From assembly GCA_965223345.1 (NCBI GenBank), contig CBDCWG010000012.1, positions 2,752,001 to 2,816,000 on the forward strand: a stretch of DNA of 64,000 nucleotides, in the 5' to 3' direction. Source of the DNA: Nitrospinales bacterium. Its GTDB lineage: Bacteria > Nitrospinota > Nitrospinia > Nitrospinales > VA-1. Below are positions 52,008 through 62,002 of the stretch, in pieces (within the stretch, counting starts at the first letter, position 1; each line of letters opens with the position of its first letter). The position numbers were made by a program, and so were the translations under genes. The notes under the pieces are model-generated. The model ran no database searches and was not told the DNA's origin. It saw only the letters and a list, made by a program, of their open reading frames with translations.

Positions 52008-54923
52008 ATGGGAAACCCAAATCATTCCGCATCTTTGAAAAACGAAATGCCCAATGAGACGATCAGCCTGGAATCTCTGTCCGCTCAGGCAAAAGGCATC
52101 GAACTCAACGACTCCTCGCTGAGTTCTCTCACAGACAATTTAAAACGCATATTCGAATGCGAAGCGGCGACTCTGTTCGCTTACGACCGGTCCACAAGAG
52201 AGTTGTACTCGCGCAATTTCCGCACACAGGGAATCGAAGAAATCCGGGTGGACATTTCCGTCAACAATCTGGCAGGATTCGTGGCCGCCACCGGCAAACC
52301 GCTCAACATTCGCGATGTGCATTCGAAAGAGGAACTGTCCCGCTATCATCAGGATTTGAGCTACGACGACGTGTGGGACCGGAAAATCAATTTCGTCACC
52401 AAATCCATGATGATCATTCCGCTTCCCCACCAGAACAAACTGGTCGGCGTCATGGAGATCATCAACAAACACGACGGGGAGCCGTTTTTAGAGGAAGATT
52501 TCGCCAAAGCCAAGGCGATTTCTTCGGTGATGGGTCTGGCTCTGGTCCGGCTCGAGCAGCAGGAGAGCAAAAACAATCAGATGATGAAGCAGACGCTGGA
52601 CCGCGAGGACAAGCTGCGCCACCTGTCGCACGCGATCCACTCCGCACAGAGCCTCGACGAAGTGCTGTTCGACCTTCAGGGGCCGCTGATGGAGGTGTTC
52701 GATTCCAGGGCGGTCACGATCTATGTCGCTGATTCCAAAGGGCTTGAGATCTCATCGAAGATCCCCTCCAAGGGCCAGGCGGTGCCGATCCGCCTGCCGG
52801 TCGATCCCACGAGCATCGCCGGATTTTCGGCGGCGGAGCAGCGGCTGGTCAACATCCGCAACGTGCACGATGCCGGAGAATTGCAGAAATTTCACCCCGA
52901 TCTCGAATTCGATTCCAGCTGGGACGACCATACGGGACTGAAAACCCGATCCCTGCTCGCGATCTCGCTGACCCACAAAAACAAACTCATGGGCGTCCTG
53001 CAACTGGTGAACAAGGCCGATGAAGACGGCTTCACCGCTGCGGATGAAAACAACGCATTCCTGATTGCGGAGACATTGGCGCTGGCGATTCACAACCTGC
53101 GCAAATTCACGCAAGCGCAACCCACCAAATTCGACTTCCTGATCGAAAATGGCTTTCTTACAGAAGAGGAGTTGACCCTGACTATGGCCAAATCGAGAAA
53201 AACCGGGAAAGAAGTAGAAGATTTACTCGTCAAGGATCTGTACCTCCGTTCCCTGGATATCGGGAAGTCACTGGAAAAATTTTACAAGGTCCCCTACACC
53301 GGCTACGACGAATCGATCAGCCTGCCGGATCCCGAATCGCTGGGACTGAACATCGAAACCCTCCTGAGCCAGAACTGGGTGCCGCTGAAATACGACGATT
53401 CCGGCATGGTCGTGCTCATTCACGATCCCTCCGACGACAAGCGGGTGCACGACATTCAATCGATGTTTCCGCGCCAGCACATCGAGTTTCGGGTCGGCCT
53501 GAAAGCGGACATCCACCGGTACATCCATTCTTTTTTTGGAGTCCAGGAAAACGAGGACTCCGTAGAGGAAGAAAATGCAACCTCCAACAGAGAGGAAGAG
53601 CTTGTGAACGAAGAATATGATCTCGTTGTGGACCTGGAAGAAAAAGAAATCGAAGCCGAGCCCGAACCCGAGCAGGACCAAGACGCCACGCCGCCGCGCG
53701 AGACGTCGATCGCCAAAGCGACGATCAAGCTGTTCAACGACATGATCGGCATCTCGGCGAAACAGGAGGTGACGGACATCCACATCGAACCGGGCATGGA
53801 AGGCAAGGACACCATCGTGCGCCTGCGTAAAGACGGGGCCTGCCGGGTTTTCGATGAAATCCCCTCGGCGTTCCAGAGATCCCTCATCTCCCACATCAAA
53901 AAATTAGCCAATCTGGACCTGTCGGTCACCAAGCTGCCGCAGAACGGCAAGTTCGAATGGACCGACAAGAACTGCAAATTCCTGTGCGAAGCGGTGATCT
54001 TTCCGACCATCGGCGATCTGGAAGACGCCATGCTCAAGATCACCCCGCTCGGCAAACCGCTTCCGACCTATATGCCGCTGTCGCAGCTCAATTTCTCCGA
54101 CCCCAACCTGGACAAGATCCTGTCGCGCATCGCTTCTCCCAAGGGGCTGGTGCTGGTTTCGGGTCCGGCGGGCAAAGGCAAAACCACCACCCTGCATTCC
54201 CTTTTGGGCCAGATCAACTCCGACGAGAAGAAAATCGTCACGGCGGAGGATCCGGTGGAAATCGTGCAGTCCGGGCTGCGGCAGATCCAGGTCAACAATG
54301 AAGTCGGCCTCAATTACGCCTGCGCCCTGGACACGTTTTTGATGGGCAATCCGGACGTCATCGCCATCGGCCAGATCGATTCGGAGGAAACGCTGGGCGA
54401 GTGCCTGCGGGCCGGCAAGGATCACCTCGTCGCCACCACGCTCAACGCCAATTCCTGCATCGACGCGCTGCGCACCCTCAGGGAAATGAAGGTGGACCAG
54501 AACCAGCTGGCGGATTCCCTGCTGTTGATCGTGTCGCAGAAACTGGTGCCGAGCCTCTGCGAGCATTGCAAAGAGGACTACCACCCGACCCAGGAGGAAT
54601 TCGACACGCTGAAGAAATTCTACGGCGAACTTTATTTCCCGGAACTGGGCATCCAGTACAACGAGGACCTGCGGCTCAAAAAAGCGGTGGGATGCAAAAA
54701 ATGCATTTTCACCGGCTATTCGGATCAGATCGCCCTGCAGGAAGTGCTCGAGCGCACTCCCGAGCTGAATCGAATGATCGCGGGCAAGGCTTCGATCGAG
54801 GAAATCCGCAACCAGGCCATCAAGGACGGCATGGTCACCCTGAATCAGGACGGCATCTACAAAATTTTCAACGGTATCTGCGATTTCAAGAAAATCCAGG
54901 AAGCCTTTTTGCCATCCGTTTGA
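52008..54923 (+). CDS. GAF-GAF-PilB/GspE family protein, copy 3, degenerate active site
   Basis: GPAGKGKTT and EDPVE kept; IGQIDS replaces VGEMRD; TTLNAN replaces STLHTN; CEHC/CKKC kept. Confidence 0.88.
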   Translation: MGNPNHSASLKNEMPNETISLESLSAQAKGIELNDSSLSSLTDNLKRIFECEAATLFAYDRSTRELYSRNFRTQGIEEIRVDISVNNLAGFVAATGKPLNIRDVHSKEELSRYHQDLSYDDVWDRKINFVTKSMMIIPLPHQNKLVGVMEIINKHDGEPFLEEDFAKAKAISSVMGLALVRLEQQESKNNQMMKQTLDREDKLRHLSHAIHSAQSLDEVLFDLQGPLMEVFDSRAVTIYVADSKGLEISSKIPSKGQAVPIRLPVDPTSIAGFSAAEQRLVNIRNVHDAGELQKFHPDLEFDSSWDDHTGLKTRSLLAISLTHKNKLMGVLQLVNKADEDGFTAADENNAFLIAETLALAIHNLRKFTQAQPTKFDFLIENGFLTEEELTLTMAKSRKTGKEVEDLLVKDLYLRSLDIGKSLEKFYKVPYTGYDESISLPDPESLGLNIETLLSQNWVPLKYDDSGMVVLIHDPSDDKRVHDIQSMFPRQHIEFRVGLKADIHRYIHSFFGVQENEDSVEEENATSNREEELVNEEYDLVVDLEEKEIEAEPEPEQDQDATPPRETSIAKATIKLFNDMIGISAKQEVTDIHIEPGMEGKDTIVRLRKDGACRVFDEIPSAFQRSLISHIKKLANLDLSVTKLPQNGKFEWTDKNCKFLCEAVIFPTIGDLEDAMLKITPLGKPLPTYMPLSQLNFSDPNLDKILSRIASPKGLVLVSGPAGKGKTTTLHSLLGQINSDEKKIVTAEDPVEIVQSGLRQIQVNNEVGLNYACALDTFLMGNPDVIAIGQIDSEETLGECLRAGKDHLVATTLNANSCIDALRTLREMKVDQNQLADSLLLIVSQKLVPSLCEHCKEDYHPTQEEFDTLKKFYGELYFPELGIQYNEDLRLKKAVGCKKCIFTGYSDQIALQEVLERTPELNRMIAGKASIEEIRNQAIKDGMVTLNQDGIYKIFNGICDFKKIQEAFLPSV

Positions 54924-55137
54924 TCCGGTTCTCTCATTCTCCCGTCCCCCTTCCACCTGCACAAAGCGGGATGCCGGCCTGCGTGCGCATGATGGCGTGA
55001 CGTTTCATGCGCTTCGTTTGCCGGCTAAAGCGCGTCATTTCACTTTATCGCATTAATTTGTCGTAATTAGGTCTTCTTTATAGGCATGCCGACATAAATT
55101 TCTGGTAAAATTTTTCTATACTTGCTAGAGGAGGCCT

Positions 55138-55830
55138 ATGAATATTCATTTGGCGATCATTTTCGTTTTAGTTCTATTTTTAAACGGGTGCATCTCCGGT
55201 CCGGATGCCGAAAAGGAAAGCGCCGCGAAAGCGAGCCGCAGTCCGGAAAAAGCGGCTCTGGAGACGCAAAAAACCAGGAGTAAATACGAGACCGTCCGGC
55301 AGCAGGCGAGCCAGGGCGAAGCCGCGGCTCAGCTGGAGCTGGGCACCATGTATGAAACCGGCAGCAATGTGCGGAAGGACTTCACCAAGGCCATGCAGTG
55401 GTACGCCAGGGCCGCCGAACAGGGAGTGGCCGACGCCCAGATCAAGCTGGCGGCCATGTACCGGGAAGGCCGGGGCGTTCCCCAGGACTTTCTGGAGGCG
55501 GAAAAGTGGTACCGCCGCGCCGCCGAACAGGGAGACACTTCGGCGCAGATCACCCTCGGCGTCATGTATTTCGAGGGCAAGGAGATCCCCCGCGACAAGG
55601 TTCAGGCGCATATGTGGTTGAATATTGCGGCCTCGCGCCTGTCACCCGGAAAAGTGCGCGACACGGTGGTGGAAAACCGCAAAATCGTGGCGAGCTGGAT
55701 GACGCTGGGGCAAATCGCCGAAGCCCAGAAGATGGCGCGGGACTGGAAACCGAAGTTTTTCTGGAAAAAGAAAGTGGAACCGATTTCTCAGTCCGCCAAG
55801 GAAGGAAGTAAGGACCGCTTCACCAAATGA
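55138..55830 (+). CDS. Sel1-like repeat lipoprotein
   Basis: Lipobox LNGC; AQ..LG.MY..G..V..D...A..WY.RAAEQG repeats. Confidence 0.9.
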   Translation: MNIHLAIIFVLVLFLNGCISGPDAEKESAAKASRSPEKAALETQKTRSKYETVRQQASQGEAAAQLELGTMYETGSNVRKDFTKAMQWYARAAEQGVADAQIKLAAMYREGRGVPQDFLEAEKWYRRAAEQGDTSAQITLGVMYFEGKEIPRDKVQAHMWLNIAASRLSPGKVRDTVVENRKIVASWMTLGQIAEAQKMARDWKPKFFWKKKVEPISQSAKEGSKDRFTK

Positions 55831-55853
55831 TCCCGGCTCCGGCCTGAAGCCAT

Positions 55854-57188
55854 TCAGGCCGCCGAGCCGATCGGGCTCTGGTAATCCTCGATCCAGCGGG
55901 TGAGGCTTTCCAGCGCCTTGGCAACGATCGCCTGATTTCTCACCTTTTTGTTGCGAATCCGCATCTCAGGAACCAGAAACAATCCGAAATTGATGTTCAT
56001 CGGCTGATAGGCGCCCTGCCCTCCGCGCGTCACGTACTTGTGCAGCGCGCCCAGCGCCGTCTCCATGGGCGGCGGCGTGAACTTTTCCCCGCGCAGCCGC
56101 TTCACCGCACTCAGACTGGCCAAAAGTCCCATCGCGGTGGACTCCACATAACCTTCCACGCCGACGATCTGGCCCGCGAAATACGTTCCCGGACGGCATT
56201 TCAGATCCAGCTCCGCGCCCAGCAGGCTGGGTGCGTTGATGAAGGTGTTGCGGTGAATGGCGCCGTAACGGAAAAATTCCGCGTTCTGCAATCCGGGAAT
56301 CAGCGAAAACACGCGCTTCTGCTCGGGATAGGTGAGCTTGGTCTGGAAGCCGACCAGGTTGAACGCGGTGCCTTCCTTGTTTTCCCGGCGCAGTTGCACG
56401 ACGGCGTGCGCGATTTTGCCGGTCTCCGGATGCGGCAGCCCCACCGGTTTCAAGGGCCCGAAGGCGAGCGTCTTTTCACCGCGCGCGGCCAACTCCTCGA
56501 TGGGCAGGCAGCCTTCGAAGTAAAGCGGCTTTTCGAACGTGGCGAAGGGAACCTTTTGCGCCGCGTTCAATTCGTCGATGAAGCGGTGGTACTGCTCCCG
56601 GTCCATCGGGCAGTTCAGGTAGTCGTCTCTGCCCTTGTTGTAGCGCGAGGCGAAATAGGCCTGGCTGAAATCGATCGAGTTGGCATCGACGATGGGCGAC
56701 AGGGCGTCGTAGAAATACAGGTATTTCTGGCCGATGACCTCGGAGATCTTCTGCGACAGCCTGGGAGAGGTGAGCGGACCGGTGGCGACGATGACGGGCC
56801 CGCCTTGCGGCAGGTCCACCACTTCATCGCGGATCAGGTTGATGTTGGGATGGTTTGCGATTTTTTCGGTGATCTCGCGGGAAAACAGGTCGCGGTCCAC
56901 AGCCAGTGCGCTGCCTGCGGGAACGGCGTGCTTGTCCCCGGCCTGCACGATGAGCGAACCGAACTTCCGCAACTCCTGTTTGAGAAGAAACGGCGCGGAG
57001 GGTCCCTGGTTGTTGCCGAGGGAATTGCTGCACACCAGTTCGGCGCAGTTATCCGTCTTGTGCACCGGGGTCGGGGTTTTGGAGCGCATCTCGTAAAGGT
57101 TCACCGAGACGCCGCGCTCCGCGGCCTGCCAGGCCGCTTCGGAACCGGCGAGACCGCTGCCGATCACCGTCAAACTCATCTTGCTCAT
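55854..57188 (-). CDS. trmFO: Folate/FAD-dependent tRNA (uracil-5-)-methyltransferase
   Basis: GSGLAGSEAAWQ, ELVCSNS, ALAVDR, FEGCLPIE, VGFQT, AGQIVGVEGY, QPMNINFG. Confidence 0.96.
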   Translation of the reverse strand: MSKMSLTVIGSGLAGSEAAWQAAERGVSVNLYEMRSKTPTPVHKTDNCAELVCSNSLGNNQGPSAPFLLKQELRKFGSLIVQAGDKHAVPAGSALAVDRDLFSREITEKIANHPNINLIRDEVVDLPQGGPVIVATGPLTSPRLSQKISEVIGQKYLYFYDALSPIVDANSIDFSQAYFASRYNKGRDDYLNCPMDREQYHRFIDELNAAQKVPFATFEKPLYFEGCLPIEELAARGEKTLAFGPLKPVGLPHPETGKIAHAVVQLRRENKEGTAFNLVGFQTKLTYPEQKRVFSLIPGLQNAEFFRYGAIHRNTFINAPSLLGAELDLKCRPGTYFAGQIVGVEGYVESTAMGLLASLSAVKRLRGEKFTPPPMETALGALHKYVTRGGQGAYQPMNINFGLFLVPEMRIRNKKVRNQAIVAKALESLTRWIEDYQSPIGSAA

Positions 57189-57251
57189 ACGCACTCTTCC
57201 AATAAACCGCAAATCCCTGCTGGCGCTTTATGGTATTGCTGGGAAATTTCG

Positions 57252-59537
57252 TCAGGCCGCAGCGGGCGATTTCTTATGGCCACATTTTGGGCACACGATC
57301 GACACCCCTTCGCTTTTTTTCCATTTTTCGACCATGAACGCGTGCTTGCAGCCCTCTTCCGGGCAGGCTTCGTCCACCGGCTTGTCCCAGGAGGTGAACT
57401 TACAATTGGGGTACTCGCTGCATCCGTAGAAGGTGCGGCCCTTTTTGCTGCGCCGCCCGGCGATTTCCCCTTTGCAGCCTTCTTCCGGACAGTTGATGCC
57501 CAGCCCGATGGGCTTGGTGAACTTGCAGTCCGGATAGGTGGAGCAGGCGATGAACTTGCCGAACCGCCCCATCTTGATGATCAGCGGCGAATCGCATTTT
57601 TCGCATTTGCCTTCCACTTCCTCGACGGCGGCGCCTTTGCCGTCGCCGGCGTCCTCACCCAGGTTGCGCGTGTTCTTGCAGTCGGGATACCCCGAGCAGG
57701 CCATGAACTTGCCGAAGCGGCCCCATTTGATGATCATGGGCTTGTCGCATTTTTCGCACACTTCGTCGGTTTCCTCGACCTGGCTCTTCACGTCCTTCAT
57801 TTTCTTTTCCGCCTCTTCGAGCGTCACCTTGAAGGGGTCGTAAAACAGTTTCAGCGCGTTCACCCAGTCGATGCTGCCTTCCTCGATCTGGTCGAGGCGG
57901 TCTTCCATCTGCGCGGTGAACTCGGTGGTCATGTATTCGGGAAAATTTTCCACCAGCATGTCCGAAACCAGAAAACCCAGCTCGGAGGGATGCAGCCGGC
58001 GTTCCTCGGAGCGGATGTAATCGCGGTCCTTGATCACGCTGATGATCGAGGCGTAGGTGCTCGGCCGGCCGACGCCTTTGTCCTCCAGTTCCTTGACCAG
58101 CGCCGCTTCGGTGAAACGCGGCGGCGGCTGTGTGAAATGCTGCTCCGGCAGGATCTTGAGGAGCTTCAGGCTGTCTCCCTTTTCCAGTTCGGGAAGCAGG
58201 CGGTCGGTCGCCGAACCTTTGGCGTTCTCTTTCGGTTCCTTGCCATTTTCGGCGTTGTCGTCGTCGGTGCCTTCCACGTACACCTGCATGAAACCCGCGA
58301 ACTTGAGGATCGAACCGTTGGCGCGGAACAGGTACTTGCCGGTGCGGATGTCGAACTGGGTCGTGTCGAGGACGGCCGGGACCATCTGGCAAGCCACGGT
58401 GCGGGACCAGATCAGCTGGTACAGGTTGAACGCGTCTTTTTCCAGAAATTCCTTCACCACCTTCGGTTCCAGCGTGACGTCGGTGGGCCGCACGGCTTCG
58501 TGCGCTTCCTGCGCGGATTTTTTGCTCTTGTAGGTGTTCGGCTTCGCGGGCAGGAACTCCTTGCCGTAGCGGTCGGGAATGAAACCGCGGATGTTGTCCA
58601 GCGCTTCGTCGGACAGCCGCACCGAGTCGGTACGCATGTAGGTGATGAGTCCCACGGTTCCCTTGTCGCCCAAAGGCAGCCCTTCGTACAGGCGCTGGGC
58701 CAGCATCATGGTCTTTTTGGGAGAAAAATTCAGCTTGCGGGACGCCTCCTGCTGCAGGGTGCTGGTGATGAACGGCGGCGACGGATTGCGTTTGCGTTCC
58801 TTCTTGGTGACGCTGTCCAGAACCAGCTCGGCGCCTTCCACGTCCTTGACGATCCGGTCCGCCTGCTCCTTGTTGCCGACTTCCGCTTTCTTGTCGTCGA
58901 TCTTGAGCAGCTTGGCCTCGAACTGCGGCGGCACTTTGCCTTCCAGATCCAGCGTGATCGACCAGTATTCCTCCGGCTTGAATGCCTGGATTTCGCGTTC
59001 GCGGTCGCAGACGATGCGCAGCGCCACGGACTGCACCCTTCCGGCGCTCAGGCCGCGGTGGATTTTCTTCCACAACAGCGGGCTGATCTTGTACCCCACC
59101 AGCCGGTCGAGGATGCGGCGGGCCTGCTGGGCGTTGACCCGGTTGAGATTCAGCTCCTTCGGGTTCTCGATCGCTTCCTTGACCGCCTTTTTGGTGATTT
59201 CGTTGAACGCGACCCGGTAGATCTTGCCCTTGGTGAATTTGGACACTTCGTTGCCGATGTGGTGGGCGATGGCTTCGCCCTCCCGATCCGGGTCCGGGGC
59301 CAGATAGATGTTGTCGGCTTTCTTCGCCGCCGATTTCAGCTCGCTGAGGATCTTGCCCTTGCCGCGGATGGTGATGTATTCCGGCGCAAAGTCATTGTCC
59401 ACATCCACCCCGAGCTTCTTTTTCGGAAGGTCCTTCAGGTGACCCACGGATGCCTTGATGACAAAGTCCCGCCCCACGATCTTCTTGAGCGTGTTGACTT
59501 TGGTGGGTGACTCGACGATCAGCAGCGATTTAGACAT
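57252..59537 (-). CDS. topA: DNA topoisomerase I
   Basis: IVESPTK, DPDREGE, SAGRVQS, ITYMRTDS, GRPSTY; C-terminal zinc ribbons. Confidence 0.98.
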   Translation of the reverse strand: MSKSLLIVESPTKVNTLKKIVGRDFVIKASVGHLKDLPKKKLGVDVDNDFAPEYITIRGKGKILSELKSAAKKADNIYLAPDPDREGEAIAHHIGNEVSKFTKGKIYRVAFNEITKKAVKEAIENPKELNLNRVNAQQARRILDRLVGYKISPLLWKKIHRGLSAGRVQSVALRIVCDREREIQAFKPEEYWSITLDLEGKVPPQFEAKLLKIDDKKAEVGNKEQADRIVKDVEGAELVLDSVTKKERKRNPSPPFITSTLQQEASRKLNFSPKKTMMLAQRLYEGLPLGDKGTVGLITYMRTDSVRLSDEALDNIRGFIPDRYGKEFLPAKPNTYKSKKSAQEAHEAVRPTDVTLEPKVVKEFLEKDAFNLYQLIWSRTVACQMVPAVLDTTQFDIRTGKYLFRANGSILKFAGFMQVYVEGTDDDNAENGKEPKENAKGSATDRLLPELEKGDSLKLLKILPEQHFTQPPPRFTEAALVKELEDKGVGRPSTYASIISVIKDRDYIRSEERRLHPSELGFLVSDMLVENFPEYMTTEFTAQMEDRLDQIEEGSIDWVNALKLFYDPFKVTLEEAEKKMKDVKSQVEETDEVCEKCDKPMIIKWGRFGKFMACSGYPDCKNTRNLGEDAGDGKGAAVEEVEGKCEKCDSPLIIKMGRFGKFIACSTYPDCKFTKPIGLGINCPEEGCKGEIAGRRSKKGRTFYGCSEYPNCKFTSWDKPVDEACPEEGCKHAFMVEKWKKSEGVSIVCPKCGHKKSPAAA

Positions 59538-59758
59538 AACACCTCTTTATATTGACGGTTCCCCCGCAAAGGGGATTGTTTTGCTTGAGATTGCGCGATG
59601 TTTGGCGCTCAAAAGACGCTCGCGGCCCCGCGGTTGCGAGCGCTGTGGGTTTTTCTGTTGGATGCTCCCGCGGCCGGAAGGATGGGACCTTTTTCGTATG
59701 AAAATCAAGACCGGCTCCTCCCAGGGCACAGGTCCTGATCTATCAGAGTATCATAAAT

Positions 59759-60862
59759 TCAATCATTTAGCGTCGCGATGAAGCGTTTTCCGTTCATCTG
59801 ACGCACACAGCCTTTCAATTCCAACTGAACCAGTGTAGCGGAAACTTGGGCCGGTGACAATCGGCTGTTTTCGATGATCCGGTCTATATGTTGTTCTTCA
59901 TGGCCCAAAAAAGAAATAATATCGCGCTCCAGCGTTGTCAATTCCGGTGTGGCCGCAGGTTCGCTCCCGGGGATCCGCAGCTGTTCCCGGACCGCAGCGG
60001 GCAATTCCTCGACGATCGCCTCGGGGCTGTCCACCAGCTTGGCGCCGTTTTTGATGAGGCGGTTGGTTTCCCGGCTCTTCGGAGAGGTGATATTTCCCGG
60101 CAGCGCGAACACTTCCCTGCCCTGCTCCAACGCAAACTGCACGGTGATCAGCGCGCCGCTTTTTTCTCCGGCTTCGACGACCAGCGTGCCGTGCGCAAGA
60201 CCGCTGATGATGCGGTTGCGCGCCGGGAAATTGCTGCGTTCCGGACGCATGGTGACGGGAAACTCCGTGACGAGCGCGCCCTGGGCGGCGATCTTTTTGC
60301 GTAGGGACGCGTTTTCAGCCGGATAGGTCTGGGAAAGTCCGCAGCCGAACACCGCGATGGTGTCGCCGCCCGCCTGCAATGCCGCGCGATGGGCCTGGGT
60401 GTCGATGCCGCGCGCCATGCCGCTGACGACCGTGACTCCGAGAGACGCCAGCGCACTGCTGAGTCGTTCGGCGACGATCTTGCCGTAGCTTGTGGGGGCG
60501 CGGGTGCCCACCACCGCGAGGGGAACGGAAAAACCATCGAGCCTGCCGCCTTCGCAGTAGAGGATCGGCGGCGGATCGTAAATCGATTTCAGCAAGTCGG
60601 GGTATTCGGGGCTTTCCAGGGTCAGAATGCGGGCTCCCAGCTTTTCGACCAGCCGGAACTCCCGCTCCACCTGCTTTTCGAAATCGAAATCGAGGATCTG
60701 ACCGGCGATCTTCTCACCGATCCCCTCCACCCGCATCAGGTCGCGGCGCGAGGCGCGAAAAACTTCCTCAGGCGAGCCCAGCGCGTGCACGAGGCGGTGG
60801 AATAGGGTTTTTCCCACTCCCAGCACCATGTTCAAAGCCACCCAATGCTTTGTCTTTTCCAT
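59759..60862 (-). CDS. dprA: DNA-processing protein DprA
   Basis: VVGTR, SGMARGIDT.AH, FPARNRIISGL, VVEAGEKSGALIT, GREVFA.PG. Confidence 0.96.
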   Translation of the reverse strand: MEKTKHWVALNMVLGVGKTLFHRLVHALGSPEEVFRASRRDLMRVEGIGEKIAGQILDFDFEKQVEREFRLVEKLGARILTLESPEYPDLLKSIYDPPPILYCEGGRLDGFSVPLAVVGTRAPTSYGKIVAERLSSALASLGVTVVSGMARGIDTQAHRAALQAGGDTIAVFGCGLSQTYPAENASLRKKIAAQGALVTEFPVTMRPERSNFPARNRIISGLAHGTLVVEAGEKSGALITVQFALEQGREVFALPGNITSPKSRETNRLIKNGAKLVDSPEAIVEELPAAVREQLRIPGSEPAATPELTTLERDIISFLGHEEQHIDRIIENSRLSPAQVSATLVQLELKGCVRQMNGKRFIATLND

Positions 60863-60925
60863 GCAACCTTGTGGTTTGGGAAAAGGAGGGACCGGCACTC
60901 GGCGGGCCTGCGTTTGTCGCCCGCC

Positions 60926-61804
60926 TTATTTTGAAAACGCGATGGCCTGGTTTTTTCTTTTTTCCAGATCGGCCACGGCTACGTTGAAGTCGTACAGCGT
61001 CTGGTAATAGCCTCGAAGAACGCGCGTGTAGATGATCAGAGCCTGGAACAGCTCCTCGGAATCGCCGATGCCGAAATCGTAGTTGGCGACTTCCGTGACC
61101 AGCAGCGCCCGCGTGATCTTGCGGCTTTTTTTCGCGAGCTTCACCTTGGCCCGGGCCTTCATGACCTCGAGAAACGCCTTGCGCAGCAGGAACATCTTCT
61201 GCCGGTCGATGCCGCGGCGGTTCTTGCCGCTCTTGACCGCGGGTTTCTTTTCAGCTGTTTTCGCTGCCGTCGCGTTTTCGTCCAGGTAATCCTTCAGGCT
61301 GTCATAAGGAAACGACACCGCCTTGATGGATTCTTCCTCCAGCGGGCTTTCATAGGAATACGCCTTGCCCGTCAAGTGAGCCAGGGACAGGATCGCGACG
61401 TGGATCTCGTTTCGAAGATCGATCATGTCGTTCAGGGTACCGGAACGGCCCAGCTTGAGCTTGGTGATGTCCGACTGCGAGAGGTTTTCGTCTTCGCCGG
61501 AATCGAATTTTTCTTCGGACTTTTCCACCGCCTTGTCGAAATGCTCTTTCACTTCTTCGGCGATGTCCATCTGTTCGGACTTGGACTGGATCTCGTAGTA
61601 AAACTTCTTCACCTGAAAGCGAATCTCGTTGGCGGAGCCTCTCGTGTTTTTCTTCAGGGCCAGTTTGAGGGTCTCAGCCAGTGTGGGAATGGGAACGGGG
61701 CCCTCCGCCGCCGGTGCGGCCTGCGCGCCGCTCGTCAGGCCGAGCGCAAAAAGGAAAACACCTGATAAAACGGTGCTCCAACGTTTGACGGGATTGAGAC
61801 GCAT
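60926..61804 (-). CDS. Short TolC/OEP-like exported helical protein
   Basis: Signal peptide; VKKFYYEI...EKFDSG and NYDFGIG..EL..A...Y...LYDFNVAVADL resemble OEP helical hairpins; only 292 aa. Confidence 0.6.
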   Translation of the reverse strand: MRLNPVKRWSTVLSGVFLFALGLTSGAQAAPAAEGPVPIPTLAETLKLALKKNTRGSANEIRFQVKKFYYEIQSKSEQMDIAEEVKEHFDKAVEKSEEKFDSGEDENLSQSDITKLKLGRSGTLNDMIDLRNEIHVAILSLAHLTGKAYSYESPLEEESIKAVSFPYDSLKDYLDENATAAKTAEKKPAVKSGKNRRGIDRQKMFLLRKAFLEVMKARAKVKLAKKSRKITRALLVTEVANYDFGIGDSEELFQALIIYTRVLRGYYQTLYDFNVAVADLEKRKNQAIAFSK

Positions 61805-61888
61805 ATTGCTTCCTCGAAATAAGTGTTCCTTATGGGGAAAATGATGTCCGGAACATGCGGTCTGCTTAAGGAAGTATTCAGGGAAAGC

Positions 61889-61996
61889 AAAAAAAAAGGG
61901 GCGCTGAACCCCCAAAAGAAACCTTGATGGCAACCAAGAACTTTCTTTTCGATGGAAATGTCCGTTTCGGGACAGAGTTCAGCACCCCTCAGGGAT
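61889..61996 (-). ncRNA. Candidate structured RNA or leader of about 110 nt
   Basis: 13-15 bp closing stem, two inner hairpins, U tail, near-consensus promoter directly upstream. Confidence 0.55.
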
Positions 61997-62002
61997 GTTC
62001 AG

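Noticed and set aside
56040..59510. 1156-aa plus-strand ORF and similar long antisense ORFs (20207-22567, 2335-4449, 41180-43528, 28867-30891)
   Set aside because: Shadow frames opposite well-supported genes in GC-rich DNA; no motifs.
45721..60862. Competence island linking the PilB array to dprA
   Set aside because: dprA-topA-trmFO is a widespread conserved cluster on the opposite strand; proximity alone is weak evidence.
61889..61996. TPP riboswitch or SRP RNA identity for the structured element
   Set aside because: Starts with GGGGUGC but lacks CUGAGA and the TPP 3' core; lacks the SRP CAGG-GNRA-AGCA loop.
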